Shown here one piece after another: positions 13,238 through 23,583 of a DNA stretch of 64,000 bases. Location: the NCBI GenBank assembly GCA_030390025.1, contig CM059431.1:130822001-130886000 (forward strand), in the 5' to 3' direction. Every line of letters starts with the position of its first letter. Position 1 is the stretch's first letter. This stretch comes from Squalus acanthias (lineage: Eukaryota). The notes beneath the pieces are model-generated. The model made no database searches. It worked only from the letters and a program-made list of their open reading frames with translations, and was not told the DNA's origin. Both the position numbers and the translations under genes were made by a program.

Positions 13238-13718
13238 CTCTTTCTCTCTCCACGGATGCTGCCTGGCCTGCTGAGTTTTTCCAGCGTTTTCTGTTGTTAT
13301 TTCAGATATCCAGCATCCGCAGTATTTTGCTATCGTAATAGCTGCTCCACCATCACCCACCAAGATGATAGAGGAAATATCACTGGGCGGGGAAAGTAGT
13401 AAAATGTTTGTGTGGAGAGGTATTTTACACTCCTGTTCCTCCTGGCCCCACAAAGTGTAACACTTACCTTCTTCTTGCAGGCCAGGTTTCATTGAACAGG
13501 GCATACAGAGGTCTGCTGCCCAAAACTGAACACAGTACTCCAGATAGGGTCTGACCAAAGCTCTGTACAACTGAAGCATAACTTCATCCCCTTTGTATTC
13601 CAGCCCTCTGGAGATAAAAGCCAACATTCCATTAGTCTATTTGATTACTTTTTACACCTGTGATTTAGTTATTTTTGTAAATGGACACCCAAATCCCTTT
13701 GTTCCTCCACAGCTCCTA

Positions 13719-14611
13719 GGGGTAAAAATTCACTTGGTTGCGCCTCCCGTTAGCGCCTTAAGAGGGCGCTAATGGGGCACAAAGCCGCTAACGCCCGGGC
13801 GCAGCGATGTTTGCGTCGCTCGAGAACTTAACTAGAGATTGTGCGGCGGCGCTAAAACTTACCGCTGCGACCACCTGCGCGCGCAGATTGTGACGTCATT
13901 CCATGGTGCAACGCCCTTGTGGCGCCCCGGAGCAGAAATTGAGTGGCGCCCCCTGCCTTACCGCCTGGCGCATCCAACGACCAGAAGACTGGAACGCTAT
14001 CAATCGCTGTGGGGCTGGGGGGGGCGCTATTTAAAGGGGGCCTCTTCCTGTCTTTTATTGTTGGTGGCATTTTTGAACTACGCATTCTGAGAGAGAGAGG
14101 GAGAGACTTCTGGAGAGATTCAACGTTGTGTGAAGGAGTTTTGGGTACTGAGCAGCACTTTGCAGGTTCATTTTGATTTGCCATTCCTTGTATCGATTTA
14201 GCAGAGACTGTGGGAGCTGCACTCTGAGCTCTTTGCCTGGTACTCTCCATTGTTCTTTCCAGCACATTTGATGTGCAAGTCTCTCCAGGCCGAGATTCAA
14301 GGCTGCAATGAACAGGATGTGGATGGAAAGCAAGATTAACCATCCCCTTTAAGAACTGGCCCGTGCCATTGTGTGTGTGTTCCATTGCTGACTGACATTA
14401 CATGAGCTTCGCCAGCGCTCTGAGTTAGCGCCTCACTCCTTGGCCTTTGCACCTTAAGACAGGTGTGCAGCGCCTGCTTTAGCGCTCCACTCACCTCCCG
14501 GGGCGGTAAAAGTGAAGTTTCCTGTCAGTGCCGATAATTAGCGCCAGGCGCTAATATTTGCGTCCAGACGATATTTGCGCCCCAAATGGGGCGCGACCTA
14601 ATTTCTACCCC
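13719..14611. mobile_element. Harbinger-type MITE family A, copy 3
   Basis: TIR GGGGTAAAAATT/AATTTCTACCCC with TSD CTA. Closely similar to 4401-5293. Confidence 0.9.
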
Positions 14612-14897
14612 CTAGTCTCTCGCCATTAAAAAAAATATTCCAGTTTGTCTTTCTTGTATCCAAGGTGGATGACCTCACACTTCCCCACATAGATCCCCAT
14701 CTTCCACAGTTTTTCTCACTCACTTGATTTGTCTATGTCCCTTTCAAACTTCCTGCTCCTATCCACACAACCTACTGTGCCTCTTTACTTAGTGTCATCT
14801 ACAAACTCTGATATACAACTCTCTATTCCATCATCCAAGTCATTGATATATATGGTGAAAAGTTGATGCCCCAGTTCAAATCCCTGGGGAATACCAC

Positions 14898-15503
14898 TGT
14901 AATAAATCCAACCTTTCAGGTGGTGACAAGATTCTTTATTGAGGTGATGAAGCCAATCAGAAATTAAAACAATTATAATGCACGAGTGATAGATATAAGA
15001 ACAGAACGATCTTACACCGTTACTGTTGAATAGAGTTGGAACCTGACCGGTATTCTCTTCTACTCTGTAGCTTTACCTCTACAACTACCTCTTACAGTCA
15101 TCTGTATTTATATTGGTCTTGTAATCGGTAGAAATGTGAAGTCATTTTTCCAACATAACAAGGTCAGGGTTGATTGGTGATTGTCAGCTACATGAGTTTG
15201 GACTGGAGGGAGACAAACATCAGCCATGAGCGGCTTATCTTAACAAGCTAAATTATTTAAGAGACCGGACAATGTCCAGAGGTACATTGACTAAGGTAAG
15301 GCTGGTCAACCATGAGCAGCTTATCTCAACAAAGCATTATTAATAAAGACATTTTCTAGGGCTACAGTAGCTACGCTAAGCACAGGTTATTTCAGTTTTT
15401 TAATTTTAACTATTTCATTGCCAGACAACATAATTAAAATTATATGTATACCATATCTTCATGGGCTCTTGCTTGAACCTTCCTTGGCCTGTCCATTCTT
15501 ACA
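14898..15503 (-). mobile_element. Solo LTR (606 bp), second LTR family
   Basis: TGTAA...TTACA termini with 4-bp TSD CCAC, interrupting a CR1 fragment. AATAAA on the minus strand near 14936-14941 gives the orientation. Confidence 0.8.
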
Positions 15504-15599
15504 CCACTTATCACATCCCACAATTAGAGTACATTCCCTTTATCCCTAGTCTCTGTCTCCTACCTCCCAACCAGTTACCAACCTGCATTGTCATTAGTG

Positions 15600-15900
15600 C
15601 AATCCTTAAGAGAGACAGTCAATTGACTCATCCTGTTTCAGTAGTTCAAGTGGATGTTAAAGGTCCGATAACACTCCTCAAATAACAGTATTGAGTTCTT
15701 CTAGAGCGTCCTGACCTACATTCCTTTCATAACCAACATGATTAACTGGTCATCGCACTGTTGATTCTGGGATCTAGCTGTGCATGAAATGGCTTATGCA
15801 TTTGCTTACATAATGACAGTCACTGCACTTCAACCTAAGTCATTATCTGTGAGTTGCTTTGATACACTTCTGAGAGGTGTAATGTAAGTCTTTCCTTTAT
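15600..15900 (+). mobile_element. Old Deu-domain SINE (SacSINE1/AmnSINE1-like) remnant
   Basis: GTGGATGTTAAAGGTCC...GGGATCTAGCTGTGC...ACAGTCACTGCACTTCAA resembles the Deu domain and tail as I recall them. The tail also matches 22170-22275. Confidence 0.6.
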
Positions 15901-17236
15901 CAGTTTGCAGAGGAACAAGTTCTCTTTCTCATTCAGCATCATCTTCAATATCTCGCCACTTCCAACCAAAGGAAGTTTTTATTTTAATCCAGATTTGGTG
16001 ATCTGGTCTGTGTGTGGGGGAGGGGGGTCACTATGATATGCTGTGAATGCTACAAAGTCTGATTTTGGGAGTTAGACCTCTAATTAAAACACACTCACTG
16101 AACCTGTTTAAATTGTAAAAAGAAATACTGAGGTCCACAACTACCGCCAGCCCCAGAAAGAAGTATGTGCCCCAATATTTAAAAAAAATGGTACTTCTAT
16201 CTTCAGGGGTCCAAGCCACAGTCCTCAGCCTGAATCTCCAACGTGGGACCACGACTACCATTCTCCAGGCTAGAATGCCTTTTCTCACTGAGTGTACCAG
16301 CTGTTGATCTTGTCCCAACCTGCTCCTAGGCCAAGGAAGCAGGAAGGTCCCAACATAGCGAGTTCTCCTCGGCATCAATGGCCTAGTGGCGGGGGGGTGG
16401 GGGGAGGGAGGGAGCGGGACTGTGTCCCAAACGAAGGCCAAAGGACGCTCCAGTGGAAAGGGATGTCCTGGCTTGGGTTTCGTTCTTTTACCGCACTCCA
16501 GCCTGAGCTATGGCAGCAGAGCATCAGAGGGCTGAGGATTTTCAGCCCCATGTAGTTATTAATATGAAATGGTTTCATGTTTGAAAAGATAGGATAATAA
16601 GCTGATTATAATTTAAAAAGGTACGGCAATAAGCAACTCTCACTGTAATACACATCCTCTGAATCTATCAATATCAAGTTTCTAAGAGTGATTGAGGGGG
16701 ACAGGGGGGGAAGACATCAGACAGCTCCGTACTCCATTTACATCAGGCACAGCTTTCAGCAAATTGACTCTGGAATTAGTAGTTTTCCATGAGTAATTCC
16801 ACGTATTGTTTTACATTTCTTGATGAAACAGCAAAGTGATTCTTGCATTATATTTTATTGGTGGCTTCGTGTACCACATTTAATACAACCTTAAGTAATA
16901 ATTTAACAGATTTCTAAGCAGCATACATGCTGCAGCAGAAAAACAAATATTCTATTCAAAACACTAATGTTTTCACAGCTTTTCCTGGCGTGAAGGGTTC
17001 TGTGAAACACTACATTGACTGGACCTAGACACACACACTACACAGACTGCCTTTTAAAGCAGGAATGTGTAAACAAAAATCTGTGCAGCAAAATGTTAAA
17101 AACAAACAAACTGCGTGTATATCAGTTTAATTTGTGTGCATTACCTGAATAAACCCATTTCATTTGAAGACATACTTGTGCCACTTCTGGAGCCCAAAAT
17201 GTCATATAAATCGTCTTTTATAGCCCACATAAGCAT

Positions 17237-17670
17237 GGACGGATTGGCATAGAGATTAGTAAATATGTGTTTTGAGGACTGGGTTCTTTCACCTTTGGGA
17301 TCTGGTTTAAATCCGGGGCAGACCGAAAGAATGTATATCTCCTGTCTCTACCAGATACAAGGGTCCAAAGTAGTACGAGTTTGAGCAGTCTCACGTCAGT
17401 TCCCAGTGGGCAACACAAAACCGCCTTTATTCTGGCACAGATTGGCAATTTCTCTCTCAGTCTATGGGGCCAGGGTGGGGAAAGGGTTAGTGGGGAAAGG
17501 GTTAGTATGGAAAACTTTGCACACCAGCAGCAGGCAGTGCTCATCTGAGATTCAGTTTAAGCACAGAAGACTGAAGAGAGAGCTAAATCAGCAGTATTTT
17601 GTATCCCATTACAGTTATACCTGATCAGGGAATCTTCCATGTGAGCACAAAAATTTGAGAAAAAAATATA
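17237..17670 (+). mobile_element. LF-SINE-like tRNA-derived SINE, old
   Basis: CTTTCACCT..GGTTTAAATCC (B-box region), CAGTTCCCAGTGG..ACAAAACC..TGGCACAGATTGGCA and GAGCACAAAAATT plus A-tail resemble the LF-SINE consensus as I recall it. Confidence 0.5.
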
Positions 17671-17944
17671 AAGCACTAAGTCGTAATGTATTCCTTTGTG
17701 AAGTCTAAAAGCTGAGGTTGCACCATCACAAGACCCACAAGGATATCAATGCATGCAATGGGGAAAAATGGATGCAGGCTAGTGACCAACCAAAGGGATC
17801 AGAGTCTTCCTCTTTCCCTTCAAATAACACTGCCCGTTTCCTGTACATTAATTCAGAAAGACGTACGATCTATGTATTGACACCCCTTCCCCAAGCAACA
17901 TGTCTAAAAGAATGGTCAGAGATATGGACAAAATTGAGAGGTCG

Positions 17945-18030
17945 CACAACACCAGGTTATAGTCCAACAGTTTTATTTGAAATCACAAGCTTTCGGAGTT
18001 GCTACTCCTTCGTCGGGTGAAGTAAAGAGA
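17945..18030 (-). mobile_element. Penelope terminal remnant with degenerate hammerhead
   Basis: Minus strand reads CTTCAC-CCGACGA-AGGAG..CTCC-GAAAGCTTGTG..AAATAAAACTGTTGGACTATAACCTGGTGTTGTG. The core CTGA is mutated to CCGA. Confidence 0.6.
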
Positions 18031-18699
18031 TACAGAATCGCCAAAGCATATATAGATCGAGAACAATGCATGTGTACCTTACAATTGCAGACAACTAAAT
18101 TAAATCATCCTGACTGTTTATCTGCCGAGGTGTGATAAAGTTAATCAGGTCAGCCAGGAAGGTACCACATCAGAGATATGGATGCAGAGCTTCCGAGCAT
18201 CTAAAAGTGGTGGGTCAGGAAAGACAGAGTGCAGTGATGTCATTTGCAGTCATTACATTTTCAAACATTTCAATAATAGGATCATCTTTGAGACTATCAA
18301 GAAGGAAATAACAAAAAGAAAAAATCAAAAGAAAATAACAGATATCTGAATTAGCAGCTCTGATTAATATTACTCCTATTGTAGTCAACATTTTTCTTGA
18401 AGGGGTGAGTTTACATATTTCATTACTCTGTCTCCCCCATTTGGAATTTGAACTTGGAATACAGACCAAATTGATTTCATAATTATTTCCTCTCCTTGCC
18501 AGTTGAAATTAGTTTAGGCAATTTTTGCTCAGTTCCACCGAGGATAAAGTCTGCAGTGATAACACTGCCTGCAATTCAGCACCAATTGGCATTGAATTGA
18601 CAGTCTGACACACATTACGAAGGATAATAGGTATGAGAAATGGAAGTGTTACAGTAGTCTAGGTGGCACAGTAAGAAGTGTAGATGAGACTAAAAAGTA

Positions 18700-19691
18700 T
18701 TACATTTATGAGGAAAAGTTACATAGATTAGGGTTGTATTCCCTTGACATTCAATGACATTACCATCGCCGAATCCCCCACATCAACATCCTGGGGGTCA
18801 CCATTGACCAGAAACTTAATTGGACCAGCCACATAAATACTGTGGCAACAAGAGCAGGTCAGAGGCTAGGTATTCTGCGGTGAGTGTCTCACCTCCTGAC
18901 TCCCCAAAGCCTTTCCACCATCTACAAGGCACAGGTAAGGAGTGTGATGGAATACTCTCCACTTGCCTGGATGAGTGCAGCTCCAACAACACTCAAGAAG
19001 CTCTGTGTAAAAAAAATTATCCTCATTTTCCCTCCAGTTCTTTTGCCAATTATTTTACATCTATGACCACTGGTTACTGTCTCACTTGCCAGAGGAAACA
19101 GTTTCACTCTATTTGCTCTATCAAAACCCCTCAAAATTTTTGAATACCTCTATTAGGTCTCCCCTTAACCTTCTCTGCTCTAAGGAGAACAATCCCAGCT
19201 TCTCCAATCTCTCCACATAACTGAAGTCCCTCATCCCTAAACCTCCTCTCCACCCTCTCCAAAGCCTTGACATCCTTCCTAAAGTGTGATGCCCAGAATT
19301 GTACATAATACTCCTGCTGAGGCCTAACTAGTGATTTGTAAAGGTTTAGCATGACTTTCTTTAGATAGGGAGAAACTATTTCCTCTGGTGGTAGAGTCTA
19401 GAATAAGGGGGCATAACCTTAACATTAAAGCTAGGGCATTCAGTGGTGGTCAGGAAGCACTTCTTCACACAAAGGGTAGTGAAAATCTGGAACTCCCCCC
19501 AAAAAGCTGTTGCAGCTAGGTCAATTGAACATTTCAAAACTGAGATTGATAGATTTTTGTTAGGTAAGATTAGTAAGGGATATGGAACCAAGGCAGGTAA
19601 ATGGAATTAAGATACAGATCAGCTATGATCTAATTGAATTGTGGAACAGGCTCGAGGGGCTGAATGGCCTACTCCTGTTCCTATGTTCCTA
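18700..19691. mobile_element. Composite of LINE fragments: CR1(+), Crack-like(+), CR1(-), CR1 3' end(+)
   Basis: 18742-19001 matches 2091-2350. 19002-19360 is CR1 on the minus strand (ERLEKLGLFSLEQRRLRGDLI). 19362-19691 ends in the GAATGGCCTACTCCTGTTCCTATG tail. Confidence 0.8.
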
Positions 19692-19735
19692 AGTTGGGAG
19701 AATGCACTATTCTGAGATTGTGATTTAAGGCATAA

Positions 19736-20455
19736 TGGCCTAGAAATTCGATTCGGAGGCTTGCCGCGGGGGTAAGGATCGTGCGCGATATCACCTACCG
19801 CGTCTGCCGTTCTTGTTTGCCCCCGCAGGAACTTCGGGTCCTGGGCCTCTCCCTAGTGCCGGCGCGCAGTGCTTGCATGTCCCAGGGGCGCAGTTAGTGC
19901 GATGCGACCCCTGGGATCACGTGGGCCATGGAGAGCCAATGGCAGCAGACCATCTTTCATTCATAGATTTGACAGACCTGTCAAATCTGTGAATTGAAAT
20001 CGGCCGCAAAAGAACAGCTAAACCTCAAATAAATTTAAAAAAAACCATCACATTAATAAAATAACTATAGTTAAATAAATTAACCACTTTAAACAAAAAT
20101 TTAAATTTTTGAAAAAATTAAAATACTTTTTAAAAGTTATAAAAATAAACTTACCTTTCTTTAAAGTCTCTAAAAAATATAAACCTTTTGAAAAAAATTT
20201 AAAATTATACTTAATTAACTACTTACCTTGTTCAAAAGGGGTCTTACGCCTCCTTTTTACTAGCGTATAATCTTCAATACTTACCCTCGCGTTGAAACCT
20301 GAAAAAAAACCTAAGTGTGCTGCGTGCGCACGCGGTTCACCTAGGAACCGCCCCCTTCACCATACGCAGTGCATGCAGGAAACCGGCACTTTGGGAATGA
20401 ATACGGGTGAGTACACACTGAGTACTCACCCGAGAACGGCCGAATTTTTGGGCCA
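19736..20455. mobile_element. Harbinger-type MITE related to family B, opposite orientation
   Basis: TIR TGGCCTAGAAATTCG/CGAATTTTTGGGCCA and an AT-rich core. TSD is ambiguous. Confidence 0.75.
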
Positions 20456-21723
20456 TTATTAGGGGAGAGTAAAGGGAGCATTACTCTAAACTTAGCTGCC
20501 CTGTATCTAACTTAAGAGTATTTGAAATTATCTCTGGATGGTATAGGTGGAAAAGTGTTCCATTCCATTATCAAACAGCTGATTGAATTTTGCAGAAATG
20601 TAGTTAGCTTAAAGATCTGAGTATTTCTTTTTAGTGCGGTAGAAAGAATACGTTAGGCAGTGCAACACAATTGAGTGTTTTAAGAGAAGTGTGCGGTTTT
20701 CATGAGGGAGCAAGCCTTTTATTATCCTGACTGGGATTTAGCTATCAAACTGCACCAATAGATATGATCTAAAGAGATATTTCATCTTAGTATATGAAAT
20801 GTACTATTGTGCTAGAAGTTAAAAAGACCTATTAAAATTGGTCCCACCTTGTTTGCTTCTATGCTTACTTATACATTCAGGAGCTTGGGTAAAGGAGTGT
20901 ATATTTGCTAAAGGGTGGATGGCAAATTGCTCCATCTCCACCACCTACAGTCCAAAATTAAAACCTCTGAAAAACATGTTCAGAAGCTCTTGTTTGCTGA
21001 TGACTGCGACCTTGTTGCCCACACAGAAGAGGACCTCCAAGTCTTCATGGACTATTTCTCAGATGCTTGTAAGAAAGTTGGCTTCACTATCAGTCTGCAG
21101 AAGACGGAAGTTATATACCAGCCTCCCCCTGGAAAACCTTGTGCCACCCAATATTACCATAGAAGAGCACATGCTGTCTGCAGTGGATAGGTTTACCTAG
21201 CTAGGAAGCACCATCTCACGTGATGCATTCCTAGTTGATGAGGTGAACCACAAATTGTTTAAAGCTAGTAGTGCTTTTGGAAGGCTTCATGTGACATTAT
21301 AGGATAAAAGGGGCATTAAGCTAGCAAGAAAACTTCAGGTCTATAAGGGAATAATTATAAATAGTGGGCTAAAAATTCGTTATAGCCAAGGAATGGGCAG
21401 TGTCAGTAGAAAAATTGGAGAATTAGCACCAGGCGCAAATGCTTTAGATTGTACGCAGAATTCGTCCTCACTGCTCAATAAAATTATTGGAGTCCTAAAT
21501 CAAGTCTTAAAGCCCAAGCTCATTGGCGTTAGACTTAAAGGGTGGACCAATATTGGGTGCAGTCTAATCGCAACTCATCATTGCCACAGGCTTGTTTCAC
21601 TACTTAAAGGGAAGGTACATTGATGCTGCAGCACCTGATTCTCAGCATTGTTAGCTGTGCAGCTGCCTCAGCAAGGAGAAGCACAACAAGAAAAGGAGCC
21701 GGAGGACTGAACCAGGTGTGCTC

Positions 21724-21966
21724 ATGGCCGGACCACGCCTCACGGAGAGAGCCCACAGATTCTCCGATGAAGCATTGCAGGCATTGGTTTTCGCTGTGGA
21801 GAGATGGAGGGCGGTGCTCTACTCGACAAGTGGCAGGAGGCCCTCGCCACAAGTTTTCCGCATCATGTGGAGGGAGGTAGCATAGCATGTCTCGGGCAGC
21901 ACTGTGGTCCCCAGGACCCACACACAGTGCAGGAAGAAATTTAACAACCTCACTCAGGTGGTCAGG
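21724..21966 (+). pseudogene. Harbinger Myb/SANT-like DNA-binding protein, exon 1
   Basis: MAGPRLTERAHRFSDEALQALV...MWREVA*HVSGSTVVPRTHTQCRKKFNNLTQVVR, followed by a GTGAGT donor. One in-frame stop. Confidence 0.85.
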
Positions 21967-22169
21967 GTGAGTGAATGCTTCAACAAATGCTACATACCAC
22001 CATCTGTACCACAATCTTCACACACTGCCCAAAGGACCACACCCCCAGCACTCACCCACCAACAATCTCTACCAACAAACACTCACATCCACATCTCACA
22101 CCTTGCACACAATGACAGCTATTCAAATTGGCAGGCACAAGGGTTATAAGTTATTAGAATTCATTTCTT

Positions 22170-22275
22170 ACATTACAACAGTGACTACACTTCAAAAAGT
22201 ACTTAATTGGCTGTAAAGTGCTTTGGGACGTCTGGTGGTCGTGAAAGGTACTATATAAATGCAAGTCTTTCTTTC
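22170..22275 (+). mobile_element. 3' tail of a Deu-domain SINE or L2-derived tail inserted in the Harbinger element
   Basis: ACATTACAACAGTGACTACACTTCAAAAAGTACTT..GCTTTGGGACGTC..TATATAAATGCAAGTCTTTCTTTC. Confidence 0.65.
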
Positions 22276-22489
22276 ATGTGATATGTGTGATATGTTTATA
22301 GATAAATTTATTAATGGTCTTTGGAATATTTTGTGGTCTCTCTCATTTCACCTTTGCGCCCAGGAGGAAGCTGTGATACGGCATGAGAGAGGGATTATAT
22401 GATGGGGATGTGGTGAGCTATGGGGATCTGGGGTTTCATTCATGTGAATTGGAGTGTGATGAGCCGGCCACGGACAGCCTGTCCAGAAG

Positions 22490-23583
22490 GCCGATTGTCT
22501 CGCTGCCTCCTCCCTCCTAATCCTCCTCCTCTTTGTCCTCTTCCTCCTCATCCTCGTCCTCCTCCTGAGGTGGTCCCACAATCCCTTGTGGCAAGAGCTG
22601 CGCCCTCATGATGGCCAAGTTGTGGAGCATGCAGCAGACCACCACGAAATGGGACACCTGCTCCGGAGAGTACTGGAGGGGTCCTCCCGAGCAGTCAAGG
22701 CAGCGTAACCATTGCTTCAATAAGCGATGGTCTGCTCAATGATGTTCCTGGTGGAAGCACGGCTCTCATTATATGAGTGCTGGGCACGAGTGTTGGGGTT
22801 GTGGAGGAGAGTCATGAGCCAGGTGGAGAGTGGATAGCCCTTGTCTCTGAGCAGCCACCCTCGAGCTTGATGTAGTGGCTGGAAGAGTGCTGGCATCCTG
22901 GTCTGGCACAGGATGAAGGCATCGTGGCTGCTGCTAGGATCGCGGGCATTGACATTAAGGATTCGCTGTGTGTGGTCACACACCAACTGCACATTAAGTG
23001 AGTGGTCGCCTTTGCAGTTATGGAAGATCTCAGGATTGTTATGCAGTGCCCGCAAAGCCACATGGGTGCGGTCTATGGCGCCCTGCACCTTTGGGAAGCC
23101 CGCTATCCTGGCAAAGCCACGTGCACGCTTATCCTGCTTCTCTCTGGTGATGGGGAAGCCAATGTAGTCCCTTCTCCTGGTGTAGAGAGCCTCAGTGACC
23201 TCCCGGATGCAGCGATGGATGGCGAACTGTGAGATGTTAGCTATGTCTCCTGTTGCAGACTAGAAGGATCCGTTGGTGAAGACCTTGACTGCCACTGGGA
23301 GAGCTGTGGTCGCCCTGGTCTAAGGCTGGAGGTCTGGTTGCAGGAGGTGGCAGAGTTCTGTGACCACCTCCTTGGTGAAGTGAAGCCTTCTAATACACTG
23401 CTCCTCGCTTAATTAAAGGTAGGAGAAGTGCTCTCAGAATACCCTCAGAGGGTAAGGCCTCCTGGTAAGAGCCCTGATGGCCCTCCTGCTCCCTCTGTGC
23501 ACATGTTCCCGTATTTCTCGCTGCCTACGCTCCCTCCGCCATAGATCCTGGAGGGCAAGGTGGCATGCCAGTACAGCCCCCAT
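22490..23583 (-). pseudogene. Harbinger transposase (HARBI1-like DDE)
   Basis: ATG at 23583. Motifs LSEEQCIRRLHFTKEVVTELCHLL, GFPKVQGAIDRTHV, SLNVQLVCD, SSHDAFIL, LLRDKGYP, TRNIIEQT, CCMLHN and an acidic tail. Several stops/frameshifts. Confidence 0.92.

Larger units (their letters stand above)
10307..13336 (+). mobile_element. Penelope-like retroelement insertion with an inverted 5' duplication of its 3' part
   Basis: 14-bp TSD AATAGCTGCTCCAC at 10293-10306 and 13337-13350. Arm 10307-11412 is the reverse complement of 12186-13292. Confidence 0.93.
13510..15580 (-). mobile_element. CR1 LINE RT fragment, interrupted by a MITE and a solo LTR
   Basis: MLAFISRGLEYK..LYRALVRPYLEYCVQFW. The sequence rejoins across 13719-14611 and 14898-15503. 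Confidence 0.8.

Noticed and set aside
22490..23583. Domesticated host genes HARBI1/NAIF1
   Set aside because: There are multiple stops and frameshifts, and the genes lie between TIRs with a TSD inside an RTE fragment.
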